Source: Mobula hypostoma
Taxonomy: Eukaryota
Assembly: GCF_963921235.1 (NCBI RefSeq)
Contig: NC_086097.1
Coordinates: forward strand, 175,400,001-175,464,000
Reading direction: 5' to 3'
Length of the DNA: 64,000 nucleotides
In this document: positions 39,591 through 53,039 of the stretch, piece after piece
Layout of the letters: every line of letters starts with the position of its first letter
Numbering within the stretch: the stretch's first letter is position 1
Program-made: the position numbers and the translations under genes
Notes under the pieces: generated by a model
Seen by the model: only the letters and a program-made list of their open reading frames with translations
The model's database searches: none
Told to the model about the DNA's origin: nothing

Positions 39591-39963
39591 TTAAATGAAG
39601 GAAGGCAACCACTCGAGGTTAATGCGTAGCTTCTATTGTGCAGATTGTCCATGCTTCTAATAACTTTCTGATATTTATATTTTCTTAATCCACAGAAGAA
39701 GGCTACTTGGATCTTGGAGCAATCCCATCCCACTTGTAGTCATAGAACAATACCGCAGAGATACAAGCCCTCCAACACAATCAAGCATGCTGACCGTGCT
39801 ATCCACGAAGCAGCCTTCAGCTCATATCCCCCAAAAGCCTACTCCTCCACATATTTATCCAAGTACTTCTTCTCTGATACTGTTGTACCTGCCTCAGCCA
39901 CTTCCTCTGTTAGCTTGTTCCATGACTGGCATGAAAAAGTTGCCCCTCAGATTCCTTGTAAAC

Positions 39964-41197
39964 TGCACACAGTTCTCTCTCACTTGGACAACAAAGACAC
40001 TTATGCCAGAATCCTGTACATTGATTTCAGTTCAGCGTTCAATACCATCATCCCACAGAGACTAGTGGAGAAATTGTCACTGCTTGGCCTTAACACTGCC
40101 ATGTGTCACTGGATTCTGGATTTCTTGACAGAGAGACCACAGTCAGTCCGTGTTGGCAGGAACATCTCTGACTCCATCACGCTGAGCACTGGATCCCCAC
40201 AAGGCTGTGTGCTTAGCCCATTGCTGTTTACACTGCTAACACATGACTGTGCAGCCAGATTCAAGGAGAACCTGATCATTAAATTTGCAGATGATACCAC
40301 AGTGGTGGGGCTCATCAGCAAAAATGATGAAACTATGTACAGGGAGGAGGTCAAACACCTAGAGAGCTGGTGCAGGGATAACAACTTGATGCTTAATGTC
40401 ACCAAAACCAAGGAGATGATCGTTGATTTCAGACAGTCTCAGCCTGAGCACACACCCCTCAGCATCAGCGACTCCACAGTGGAGAGAGTGGAAAACATCA
40501 AGTTCCTTGGGGTGCAGATCTCGGACAATCTCACCTGGTCCAGGAACACCACTGGATTGTGAAACAGGCCCAGCAGAGATTGCACTTTCTGAGGAAGCTG
40601 AAACAAGCATCGCTCCCCACTAACATCTTAACTACATTCTACAGAGGCGTGGTTGAGAGTGTGCTGACCTTTTGCATCACAACATGGTACTCCAGCTGCA
40701 GTGCTGTCGACAAAAAAGCCTTGCAGAGGGTGGTTAGGGGAGCAGAGAAGGTTATTGGGGTCTCCCTACCTTCTGTCCAAGACCTCTTTCAGAGTCGATG
40801 CCTCCAGAAGACACGGTACATCATTAAAGACCCATCACACCCTTTCCATGAACTGTTTGTTCTTCTGCCATCAGGCAAACGTTACAGGAGCATCAAAACT
40901 AAAACCACAAGGCTACTAAACAGCTTCCTCCCACAGGCAGTCAGACTGCTAAATAGCTGCTCTACCTGACTCTGCTTTGGACACTTTTAACTTGCACTGG
41001 ACACTTATAACTTGATTTTAACTGACATGTGGCTGTTGTGTTTTACTATTTATTATTATGTTTATTATTTAGTGTTGCGTTTGTTATGTTATGATTGCAC
41101 TGCTCCTGGGAAACACTGTCTCATTCTGCCCTGCAGAGTGGATGTACGGTTAGAATGACAATAAAGTTTTTTGAATCTTTGAATCTTGAATCTAAAT
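39964..41197 (+). mobile_element. Rex1/Babar-clade LINE, 5'-truncated, young
   Basis: [29 protein letters not shown] and C-terminal KAQQRLHFLRKLK; one frameshift near 40555; (ttgaatc)n tail; TSD cttgtaaac (39955-39963, 41198-41206). Confidence 0.9.
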
Positions 41198-43884
41198 CTT
41201 GTAAACCCTCTCACCCAAAACCTCTGTCCTCTACTCTTAGACTCTTCTACCTGAGGGAAAAGGCTGTTACCATCTATCTTATCTATGCTTCTGATCATTT
41301 TAAACACTTCTATAAGGTCACCCCTTATTCCCCTGAGCTCTAAGGTATAAAGACCTCGCCTGGCCTATTACTCAAGCCTTCTGGTCCTAGAAACATCCTT
41401 ATAAATCTCTTCTGCACTCTTTTCAGTTTAACCATGTCTTTCCTATAACAGGGTGGCCAAAACTGTATACAATACTCCAAGGGTGGCCTCACCAATGACT
41501 TGTACAACTACAACATAAAGTTCCAACTCCTATTTATGTCCCTCCACTGAATCTCCTCTGCCCACTGACAAGCGGGATAATTTATAGCAGCAAATTAACC
41601 CATCTAGCAGTATGTGTTTGGAATGTCCGTTGTAAGTTACACCCAGAATTTAGGTTAGTGGCAAACAGAGTGAAAGTGGAGTTGCTGAGCAAAAGGGAGT
41701 GAAGGAGAGGGAGAACTGCACTGATGGGATTGCTCTCCTGAGAGGTGGTATTGACCTGAAGGGCAGAACAACCTTCTTTTGTGTTGTTACACCTGTAAGA
41801 TTAGGAATATTTATTGTAAAAAGCATATAAGGAGTCTACAAAGAGATATGCACATTCTCCCTTCTCTCCTCTCCCATCAGGCAGAAGGTTCAAAAGCCTG
41901 AAAGGACAGCTTCTGCCCCACTGTTATAAGACTGTTGAATGATTCCCTCATATGATAAAATAGACTCTTAACCTCACAGTCTACCTCAGTATGGACTCAC
42001 ACCTTATTGTCTGACTGCACTGCACTTTGTCTGTCACTGTAACACGTTATTCTGCATTCTGCTATCGCACACTGTGTAATGACCTGATGTGTTTAGACAG
42101 CTGCAAGACAACCTTTTCAGTGTACCGCGGTACACGTGACAATAACTAGCCAATACCAGTTTCAATATGTGACTAGGTGAATGGGTAAATATCTAGCAAA
42201 TGGAATATACAGGTGGTAATGCACTAATCCAGCATATTTGGGACCTGGTTAGTGTTGAATTACAGAAATTAATCCTTGACCATATTTCTCTGAGCAGGAA
42301 AACTGTTCTTTTTAAATACAGACATTCTCAAGATTATGCAAGGATATAGAGAACTGTCACAACCCAGTTTCTGTAAATTGGAAATGCTCTTGGCTGATAT
42401 TGCACTATTTGGTTAATAGGGGGTAGGTTAATTTGCACTATTTGGTAGGTTAATTAGTTACACATTAGTACCAATCTTAGTTTATTTAAAATTTTAAATT
42501 TAACTAAGAACAGTTAGATCTTGCTGGACAACAGAAAGGGTTTCACCCTGCGATAGAAGAAAATGTGAAGGTGCTTCTATTTTGATGGAGAAAAAATAAA
42601 AAAGAAACAGAGGTTATCCTCCAATTGCACCTTATAAGCGATGTTTGGCTGCCTTACTCAGTCCTGCACAAACTCTTGTGATTGCATCTCAGCCTGGAAT
42701 GGAGCCTCCATTGCACAGGATCACAAAAGTCTGCCAAGGGTTGTAGACTCAGCCTGCTCCATCATGGACACAATCCTCCCACCACTGAGGACATATTCAA
42801 GACACGTGCCTCAGGAAAACAGTATCCATCACTAAGGACCCATACTATCCGGAACAAGTCCTCCTCTCGTTACTGTCATCGGAGAGGAAATACCTGAAGG
42901 CCTACACTCAATGATTCAAGAACAACCTCATCCCCTCCACCATCAGATTGCTAAATGGGCAAGCAACCCAGGATCACAACCTCATTATTCATTTGGTTGT
43001 GTACTTTTGAATTAGTTTTGAAATTTATATTTTTTAAGTCTTTGCACTGTACTGCTTCCGCAAAACAAGTTTCACGTTATTTCAATCAACGAAAATAAAT
43101 TGGAGTCTGATTCTGATATTCTTTTGATTATTACACTCCCTCACTTTCCATGTGATCACATGACAACAGTAACTACTGCAAGTCTGGAAACTCTGCAGAT
43201 AATTGAGCAAAGTTCAAAGTTCAAAGTAAATTTATTATCAAAGTACATATATGTATTTTTCGAGGGCAATCACAGTAAATACAATAACCATAATAGAATC
43301 AATGTAAGACGACACCTACAGAGCACACGACCAGTGTGCAAAAGACAACAAAATGCGCAAATACAAAAAGAAAGAAAAAAGAGATCGTAATAATGATAAA
43401 AAAAAGGTAATAATTATCAAGAACATGAGATGTAGAGTCCTTGAAAGTGAGTCCACAGGTTGTGGGAACAGTGATGGGGTAAGTGAAGTTGAGTGAAGTT
43501 ATCCCCTCTGGTTCAAGATCCTGATGGTTGAGGGGTAATAACTGTTCCTGAACCTGGTGGTGTGAACCCTGAGGCTCTTGTACCTTTTTAGGGCAGCAGT
43601 GAGAAAAGAGCATGACCTGTGTGATGGGGATCCCTGATGATGGATGCTGCTTTCCTGCGGCAACACTTTGTTTAGATGTACACAATGGAGGGGAGGGCTT
43701 TACCCATGATGGACTGGGCCGTATCCACTACTTTTTGCAGGATTTTCCATTCAAGGGCATAGGCGTTTCCATTCCAGGTTGTGATGCCGCCAGTTAATAT
43801 ACTCTCCACCATATATGTACAGAAGTTAGTCAAAGTTAAAATGTCATGCCAAATCCTGCAAACTCTACAAAGTAGAGGCACTGC

Positions 43885-44240
43885 AAACAACAGGAATTCT
43901 GCAGATGCTGGAAATTCAAGCAACATACATCAAAGTTGCTGGTGAACGCAGCAGGCCAGGCAGCATCTATAGGAAGAGGCGCAGTCGACGTTTCAGGCCA
44001 AGACCCTTCGTCAGGACTAACTGAAGGAAGAGTGAGTAAGGGATTTGAAAGCTGGAGGGGGAGGGGGAGATGCAAAATGATAGGAGAAGACAGGAGGGGG
44101 AGGGATAGAGCCGAGAGCTGGACAGGTGATAGGCAAAAGGGGATACGAGAGGATCATGGGACAGGAGGTCCGGGAAGAAAGATGGGGGGGGGGTGACCCA
44201 GAGGATGGGCAAGAGGTATATTCAGAGGGACAGAGGGAGA
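43885..44240 (-). mobile_element. PLE 3' terminus with hammerhead motif (43982-44018)
   Basis: Near-identical to 10908-11275; minus strand agtc ctgacga agggtcttggcct gaaac gtc gactg. Confidence 0.85.
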
Positions 44241-44528
44241 AGGGAGTGCCATGCTTCTTCAGAATTGCACTTACACGCTGTTCCCAGGACATTCCTCTGA
44301 AATTATAACGCCAAGGAATTTATAATTGAATGTTTAGCCACACAGTCAAAAGTGTAAAGTGAGTAGAGCAGGGTCTAAACATATAGCTTTGTGGTGCACC
44401 TGTGCTGATGGAAATTCTGGAGGAGATGTTGCCGCCAATCTGAATTGACTAGGGTCTACAGGTGAGGAAATCCAATATCTAATTGCACAAGGAGGTTTTG
44501 AGGCCAGTGTCTTGAAGCTTATCGATTA

Positions 44529-45297
44529 AGTGGGGACAGAATTCAAAGTTCTGAGATGCAACGGGACTTGGGAGTCCTCGTGCAGGATACCCTTAAGGTT
44601 AACCTCCAGGTTGAGTCGGTGGTGAAGAAGACGAATGCAATGTTGGCAATCATTTCTAGAGGAATAGAGTATAGGAGCAGGGATGTGATGTTGAGGCTCT
44701 ATAAGGCACTGGTAAGACCTCACTTGGAGTACTGCGTGCAGTTTTGGGCTCCTTATTTAAGAAAGGATGTGTTGATATTGGAGAGGGTTCAGAGAAGATT
44801 CACTAGAATGATTCCGGGAATGAGAGGGTTAACATATGAGGAATGTTTGACCGCTCTTGGACTGTACTCCTTGGAGTTTAGAAGAATGAGGGGTGATCTC
44901 ATAGAAACATTTTGAATATTGAAAGGCATGGATAGAGTGATGTGGCAAAGTTGTTTCCCATGGTGGGGGAGTCTAGTACGGGAGGGCGTGACTCTCATAC
45001 TAGACTTAAGGATTGAAGGGCGCCCATTCAGAACAGAGATGTGAAGAAATTTTTTTAGCCAGGGGATGGTGAATCTGTGGAATTTGTTGCCACAGGCGGC
45101 AGTGGAGGCCAAGTCATTGGGTGTATTTAAGGCAGAGATTGATAGGTATCTGAGTAGCCAGGGCATCAAAGGTTATGGTGAGAAGGTGGGGGAGTGGGAC
45201 TAAATGGGAGAATGGATCAGCTCATGATAAAATGGCGGTGCAGACTCGATGGGCCGAAAAGCTAACTTCTGCTCCTTTGTCTTATGGTCTTATGGTC
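44529..45297 (+). mobile_element. CR1 LINE 3' fragment, young
   Basis: QRDLGVLV..LVRPHLEYCVQFWAPYLRKD; (ttatggtc)n tail; flanked by duplicated cttatcgatta. Confidence 0.9.
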
Positions 45298-46157
45298 TTA
45301 TCGATTAGTTTTGAAGGGATAATATAATTGAATGCTGAGCTGCAGGCAATAAAGAGCATCCTGATGTATGCAGCTGTGCTGTGCAGATGTTCCAGAGTTT
45401 AGTGAAGACCCAATGAGGTGGCATCTACTGTGGACCTGTTGTGCTGTTAGTCAAATTGATGTGGACCCAATTCGGTTCTCAGGCAGGAGTTAATATATTT
45501 CATCACCTACCTCTCAAAACACTTCATCACTGTGGACATAAGTGCTACTGGGTGATAGTCACTGAGGCAAGTTACCATGTTCTTCTTAGGCATCGGTATA
45601 ATCAAAGCCTGCTTAAAGCAGGTGGCTATCTCAGACTGCTGAACTGAGAGCTTAAGGATCTCAATGAACACTCCAGCCAGTCGATTAGCACAGGTCTTTA
45701 GTACTCAACCAGGTACCCCATCTGAGCTGGGTGATTTCGGTGGGTTCACCGCTCTCACATTGCCTCAGAGACTGAAACCACAGGATCATCAGGGGTTGTG
45801 GGAGGTTTGTGATGGTTCCTCCATATTTTGCTGGTCAAAACTAAAACAGAAGACATTGAGCTCATCTGGAAGCAAAGACTTGAGTTGCTTGATTTTACTT
45901 TGTAAGAGATGATAGCATTCAGGCCCCTGCCATAGTTGTTGAGCATTCTTCATTGATCCAGGCTTAGTCCAGGATTGCCTCTTTGCCTGTGAGATGGCTT
46001 TCTGGAGATTGTACCCGGACCTCTTGTAACTTTCTTGGTCACCAGACTAGAATGCCTCTGATCTGGCCCTCAGCAAATTGTGGATTTCATGGTTCATCCA
46101 GGGCTTCTGTTCAGGAAGTCTCTAAATTATGTTGTGGGGACACACTTGTCTAAGACT

Positions 46158-47454
46158 CACAACACGCTGGAGGAACTCAGCAGGTTGGGTAGCATCTGTG
46201 GAAAAGATCAGTCGACGTTTCGGGCCGGAACCCTTCGTCAGGACTGTAGAGGGAAGGGGCAGAGGCCCTATAAATAAGGTGGGGGGGGGTGGGAAGGAGA
46301 AGGCTGGAAGGTTCCAGGTGAAAAACCAGTAAGGGGAAAGATAAAGGGGTGGGGGAAGGGAGGCAGGGAGGTGATAGGCAGGAAAGGTGAAGAAAGAATA
46401 GGGGAAAACACAATGGGTAGTAGAAGGAGGCGGAACCATGAGGGAGGTGGTAGGCAGCTGGGGGAGGGGGCAGAGTGACATAGGGATAGGGGATGGGAGG
46501 GGGAGGGAATTACCGGAAGTTGGAGAATTCTATGTTCATACTAAGGGGCTGGAGACTACCTAGACGGTATATGAGGTGTTGCTCCTCCAACCTGAGTTTA
46601 GCCTCATCATGGCAGTAGAGGAGGCCATGTATGGACATATCTGAATGGGAGTGGGAAGCAGAGTTGAAGTGGGTGGCTACTGGGAGATCCTGTCTGTTTT
46701 GGCGGATGGAGCGGAGGTGCTCGACGAAGCGGTCCCCCAGTCTGCATCGGGTTTCACCGATGTAGAGGAGGCCGCACCGGGAGCACCGGATGCAATAGAT
46801 GACCCCAACAGACGCACAAGTGAAGTGTTGCCTCACTTGGAAGGACTGTTTAGGGCCCTGAATGGTGGCAAGAGAGGAGGTGTAGGGACAGGTGTAGCAC
46901 TTGCGCTTACAGGGATAAGTGCCAGGTGGGAGATCCGTGGGGAGGGACGTGTGGACCAGGGAGTCGCGGAGGGACCGATCCCTGCGGAAGGCGGAGAGGG
47001 GTGGAGAGGGAAAGATGTGCTTAGTGGTGGGGTCCTGTTGAAGGTGGTGGAAGTTGTGGAGGATAATGCGCTGGATCCGGAGGCTGGTGGGGTGGTAGGT
47101 GAGGACAAGGGGAACTCTGTCCCTGTTGTGGTGGCGGAAGGATGGGGTGAGAGCCGAAGTGTGGGAAATGGAGGAGATGCGGGTGAGGGCATCATTGATG
47201 ACAGCAGAAGGGAATCAACAATGCTTAAAGAGAGAGAATATTTGAGATGTCCTGGAACGGAAAACCTCATCCTCGGAGCAGATGCGGCGGAGACGGAGGA
47301 ACTGGGAATAGGGAATGGCATTTTTGCATGTGGCTGGGTGGGAAGAGGTATAGTTGAGGTAGTTATGAGAGTCAGTGGGCTTGTTTAAGATGTCAGTGGA
47401 CAGTCTGTCTCCAGAGATGCTTTGACCTCAGCATCTGCAGATTATTTTGTGTTT
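46158..47454 (-). mobile_element. Penelope-like element (GIY-YIG) with short inverted terminal piece
   Basis: ORF 46510-46836 GVIYCIRCSRCGLLYIGET; 14-bp TSD acttgtcta(a/g)gact (46144-46157, 47455-47468). Confidence 0.9.
46209..46246 (-). ncRNA. Minimal hammerhead ribozyme motif (best copy)
   Basis: CAGUC CUGACGA A GGGU-UCCG-GCCC GAAAC GUC GACUG with perfect 5-bp stem I. Confidence 0.82.
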
Positions 47455-47895
47455 ACTTGTCTAGGACTGTTTTTTATAAAGTCCATTCTAACTATGTGTA
47501 TTCATTCAGATCCATAGATAAGTCCTCGAACATGGCCCAGTCCACCAACTCAAAGCAATCCCGTAGCCAATCCTGTGCCTCCCGTGACTATCTCTTTGAT
47601 GTCCTAATTTCTTCAGCCTTGCTCTTTAGCTTCTGCCTGTATGCAGGTAGGAGGACAGCCAGCAGATCAGATTTCCCAAAGTGCGTTCTGGGCATGGAAT
47701 GGTGGGCATGCCTTACCTTCGTGAGCAGTGGTCAGGCGTGTTGGGACCTCTGGTGCTACAGGTTATATGCTGATGGTAATTGGGCAGGAGGCCTGGTTGA
47801 AATCCCTGACTATGATTTGAAACGCGTAGGGGTAGGCTGTTTCTTGTTTGGTGATGGCAGCATGCTGTATCTCAAGTGCCTGACTACAGTTGGCA

Positions 47896-48092
47896 ACACA
47901 AAATAATCTGCAGATGCTGGGGTCAAAGCAACACTCACAACAGGCTGGAGGAACTCAGCAGGTTGGGCAGCATCCGTGGAAAAGATCGGTCGACGTTTCG
48001 GGCCGGATGAAGGGTTCCCGCCTGAAACGTCAACCGATCTTTTCCACGGATGCTGCCTGACCTGCTGAGTTCCTCCAGCGTGTTGTGAGTGT
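47896..48092. mobile_element. Palindromic mini-element made of two inverted PLE termini
   Basis: Inverted arms meet at partial hammerheads; 15-bp TSD tga(c/t)tacagttggca (47881-47895, 48093-48107). Confidence 0.85.
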
Positions 48093-50431
48093 TGATTACA
48101 GTTGGCAGATGGTGGTATTTAAACTACGGTCAGGATCACAGAGGAGAACTCCCTTGGTAAATAGAATGGTTGACATATTATTGTTCAGTGTTCAAAGTCA
48201 GGAGAACCAAACTACAACAAAACTGCCACATCGGAGCACCACAGAGAGTTTATCATGAAACACACACCCCCTCCTTTTGCTTTGATGAATCAGCAGTTCA
48301 GTCTATCCTGTGTACTGAGAAGCCTTCGGGTCTAATCACCGTATCTGGCGTACTCTGAGTAAGTCATGTCTCGGTAAAATATGGAACACAACAATTTCTC
48401 AAGCAACCTCCTTATGATGAACTAAACAGCTACAGTATGTTTAAAAGAATAGCAAGAAATTGGCAAAAATGCTGATTGATGAAGGCAGGCAAAAATATGA
48501 AACCCCTTTAAAAGTTGAAAACAACAAAACCTGACCCATGCTAACCCTCTGCACTGCATAATTACTTGGGACAAACTAATATGTTGATTTTTTGATTCAT
48601 TTCTGTCTGAAATATCATAGAATTAAATTCTACTATGTCGATCAACTGCTTACACATATAATGCTATGGTTTCAATTGAATCCTTGTCAACCTCTGGTTC
48701 ACCAAATGTTTAGAAAATGTGTTCAAAACACAAAGTGTTATTGTTTTCTAATTTTTCACAGTATGTGGTTAGTTTTCCTTAGTTTTAGGGATTTACTAGT
48801 TATTGTAAACCCCAAATTCCCTCGGTGATCCACCCAATCCCAAACACGCCTCACTCAGAGATCTATTCCTGATGCCATTACCATCTTCTTTAAGGAAGTG
48901 ATCCATCATCCAAAACTCCGGTCTCTTTTGGGAATCTACACTGTTCCTCAGATTCTCCCAAACCCATTTCACCCATGTTCCCATTCCTTACATTCTCATT
49001 TTTAGGATATGAACCTCATCCAATTTCTGATCCCTAGTACCAGCTATACAGACTCTGCCAGAGTCATCCTCTACTCCAATTCCCTAAATCTTCCAGGAAT
49101 GGACCCCTGTAAAGCAGGAGATTGTGGAGTGAGTTGGAGACAGTTCATTGTGGACTTTATGTGCCAGGTTTAAAAGACGATCAGGGCCTGTTAGGACTTC
49201 TCTGCAGAACAGGCGATTGCTTAGGTTATTAGCAACTTAGCAATGGCCAAGAGAAAGAGAACGTAAGTGAACCGGCCATTGTGGGAGCAGTCATTGTTGG
49301 AGTATGTCAGGCTTTGGCTCAATAAGCTTTGACAAACCCAGGTGCAGGCTAGAACTTAAGCTTATAAAGTGCAGGCAGGATGGTTGTTCATGTGATGGAA
49401 TGCTTCTCCTGTGAGATGTGGGATTTCAGGGTATCTGACAGTCTCCTTGATGACTACATCTGCAGGAAGTACATCCAACTGCAGCTCCTAACTGTCAAGG
49501 TCAAGGAATTGGAGCCGGAGCTGGATCTGGATATACTTAAGACTATACAGAAGGCGGAAAAAATCATTGACTAGACTTTTACTGAGGTTATCACACCCAG
49601 AGCGCAGGCTTCAGGTGATAGATGTGTGACCACCAGGAGAAATCAGGGAAGTAAGCAGTTAGTGCAGGGTTCCTCCGTGGCCATTCCCCTCAGTAATAGG
49701 TATGTCCATTTGGATACTGCAGGTGGGAATGACCTAGCAGAGCACAGCAGCAGCAGTCAGGCCAGTGGTACTGTGGCTTGGTCTGAGGCTCAGTGGGGAC
49801 AGGGTAAAGTCAGGCAAAGTGACAGAAGTAGGAGACTCAATAGTGAGGGAGATGGACAACAGGTTCTGTGGCCATGAAAAAGATGACAGGATGGTATGTT
49901 GTCTCCCAGGTGCTAGAGTACAGGATGTCTCAGAGCGATTGCAGAAGATTCTCAAAAGGGAGGGTGAGCAACCAAAGGTCATGGTGCACATAAGACGATA
50001 AGAGCATAGTCAGGGCAGGAATAGGAAGATAGTACAGGTGAATGAGTGGCTGAGGAAGTGGGCAGTGAGCAAGGTTTCAGATGTCTGGATCACTGGATCC
50101 CTTCTGGGGAAGGTACTGCATGGTCTGTATAAAAAGGATGGGGTTACACCTGAACCCAGGGGTGTCCAATATCCTTGTAGGCAGGTTTGTGAGAGCTGTT
50201 GGGGAGGGTTTAAACCAGTTTGGCAGGAGTATGGGAACTGGAGTGATAGGGCTGAGGATGGGGCAGTTAGTGTACAAGTCAATGCAGTGTGTAGTGAGAT
50301 GGTGAGGAAAGACAGACAGATGATAGGGCAAAATTGTAATCAGTGGGATGATTTGAAGTGTAAAATGGGGGCAAAATCAACAACGGTGACAAATACAGGA
50401 CTGAAGGCATTATATTTGAATATATACAGTA

Positions 50432-51156
50432 CAGTCGGCCCTCCGTATCCGCGGGGGTTTGGTTCCGGGACCCCCCCCCCGATACCAAATTCCGCGGATG
50501 CTCAAGTCCCGTATATAAAGTGGCGTACTATTTGCATATAACCTATGCACATCCTCCCGTATACTTTAAGTCATCTCCACATTACTTATAATACCTAATA
50601 CAATGTAAATGCTATGTGAATAGTTGTTATACTGTATTGTTTAGGGAATAATGACAAGAAAAAAAAGTCTGTACATGTTCAGTACAGACGCAACCATCGT
50701 GGCTCTTCTGGGAACGCTGATGCTGCCTCGGCATCAGGCGATGCCGATCCTCCTGTGATCTTTAAGTTCTTGAGGCTGTAGCGCTTTACATAGCTAGCTA
50801 GCCATCCCTTACTAGCCTAAACTCCTTCCTCTTGCTCACAACACAAGTAGCGAATGAACGAGACGCGAGGCGAACAATGCTCAAACAATATACTTTTAAT
50901 CATATCTAGATTACAGTATTTTACGCTCCCTCTTAGCCTTTGAGGAATTGCCTTGACCACTTAAGTGCTTTTTAGGAGCCATTTTTTCACAGAAACAAAG
51001 GGTGCACACAACACAAGTAGCAACCGAATGAGACACGAGGCAAACAATGCTCAAACAACGAGTGCTGGAGAGAGAACTTCTGGGTTTTTTTTCGATCCTG
51101 ATCCTCAGTTGGTTGAATCCATGGATGCGGAACCTGCGGATATGGAGGGCCGACTG
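50432..51156. mobile_element. Tigger/pogo-type MITE resembling MER2
   Basis: TIRs cagtcggccctccgtatccgc / gcggatatggagggccgactg with TA target duplication; interior matches my recollection of the MER2 consensus. Confidence 0.88.
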
Positions 51157-52899
51157 TATACAAATAAAGTAGATGATCTTGTCATGATGTGCACAGGCAA
51201 ATCAGAACCCAAGTGCAGAGGAAAGACAGACTCTGATGCAGAGACAGTAACAAGGGCTTATTCACAGTAATTCCAAGCGGACTTCAGTGGCTTGACCATG
51301 TGACACTGCAATAAAAAAAAATTCTCAAAACTAGGACCCGATGATTAGCACTAATCAGGCATCTGCTTAAATAATACAAGTAACATAGAATCCCCAAACT
51401 TATCAAAATAAGCTAAACAAGCTTAATCAGAAAGCACCTAAGAGCGAGTTGTTCGAGAAAAACACAAGAATCTCCAAATGAATAATGACTCTCAACCAAT
51501 TCAGGTGCTCTGAAAACCTCAGAGCTCAATGCTCTCTGGTGCTTTGCACAGGCCCAAATAATTCAGTATACTGAAAGCACAGATAGAGGTTGGCAGGTGT
51601 GACATGTGTGCATCACTGAGTCGTGGCTGAAAGAAATCCATAGTTGGGAGATTAACATCCAAGAATACATATTGTATCAAAAGGACAGGCAGGTAGGCAG
51701 AAGGGGTGGGGTGGCTGTGTTGGTAAAAAGTTAAATCAAATCTGTAGAAAGAGGTGACATAGAATCAGAAGATGTAGGATCCTTGTGGGCAGAGTTGAGA
51801 AACTGCAAGGCTAAAAAGACCCTTATGAGAGTTAAATACAAGCCTTCAAACAGTAGCCAGGATGTGGGATAGAAATTACAATGGAAGATGGAAAAGACAT
51901 GTAATAAGAGCAAAGTTTCGAAAGTAATGAATGATTTCGATATGCAAGTATATTGGGAAAATCAGGTTGGTAGTGGATCCCATGAAAGGGAATTCGTAGG
52001 ATGCCTACAAGATGGATTTTTAGAGCACATGTGGTTGAACCCACCAGGGAAAAAGCAATTCTGGATTGGGTATTGTATAATAACACCATAAGATATAAGA
52101 GCAGAATTAGGCCATTTGGCCCATCAAGTCTACTCCATTATTTCATCATGGCTGGTCCAATTTTCCTCTCAGCCCCAGTCTCCTGCCTTCTTCCTGTATC
52201 CCTTCATGCCCAGACTAATCAAGAATCAATCAACCTCTGCCTTAAATATAAATAAAGACTCGGCCTCTGCGGCTGCCTGTGGCAAAGAATTCCACAGATT
52301 CACCACTCTCTGGTTAAAGCAATTTCTCTTCCTCTCCGTTCTAAAAGGACATCCCTCTATTCTGAGGCTGTGTCCTTTGGTCTTAGACTCTCCCATCATG
52401 GGAAACATCCTTTTCACATCCACTCTATCAAGGCCTTTCACAATTCAATATGTTTCAATGAGGTCCCCGCTTATTCTTCTGAATTCAAGTGAATAAAGGC
52501 CCACAGCCATCAAATGCTGTTCATATGACAAGCCATTCAAATGTGGAATTATTTTCGAGAATTTTCTTTGAACCATCTCCAGTTTCAGCACATCCTTTCT
52601 AAAATAAGGGGCCCAAAACCGCTCACAATACTCCAAGTACTGTCTCACCAGTGCTTTATAAAGTCTCAACATTACATCCTTGTATTCATATTCTAGTGCT
52701 CTTGAAATGAATACTAACATTGCATTTGTCTTCTTCACTACAGACTCAACCTGCAAATTAATCTTTAGGGAATCCTATACAAGGACTCCCAAATCCCTTT
52801 GTACCTCAGATTTTGTATTTTTCTTTCAATTTAGAAAATAGTCAACTCTTTCATTTGTACTACCAAAGTGCATGACCATACTGGACTTCCTGACACTGT

Positions 52900-53039
52900 G
52901 TAACACACTGGAGGAACTCAGCAGATCGGGCAGCATCCATGGAAATGAACAGTCAACGTTTCCACAGATGCTGCCCGACCTGCTGAGTTCCTCCAGCGTG
53001 TTGCTTTGACCCCAGCATCTGCAGAGTATTTTTTGTTTA
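52900..53039. mobile_element. Palindromic PLE-terminus mini-element
   Basis: Inverted PLE tails with the central hammerhead largely deleted; TSD ctgacactgt (52890-52899, 53040-53049). Confidence 0.8.

Larger units (their letters stand above)
43590..48360 (-). mobile_element. Older Rex1/Babar/L2-like LINE broken up by nested insertions
   Basis: VESILTGGITTW..ILQKVVDTAQSIMG at 43672-43850, with further segments at 44250-44520, 45305-46145, 47470-47890 and 48108-48360. Confidence 0.6.

Noticed and set aside
39714..40562. 282-aa ORF as a host gene
   Set aside because: Chance fusion of flanking CR1-derived sequence to a 5'-truncated Rex1/Babar RT.
46645..47388. 247-aa ORF (and the similar 262-aa ORF at 61509-62297) on the plus strand
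   Set aside because: Antisense shadow frames of the Penelope-like coding region; no recognisable domain.
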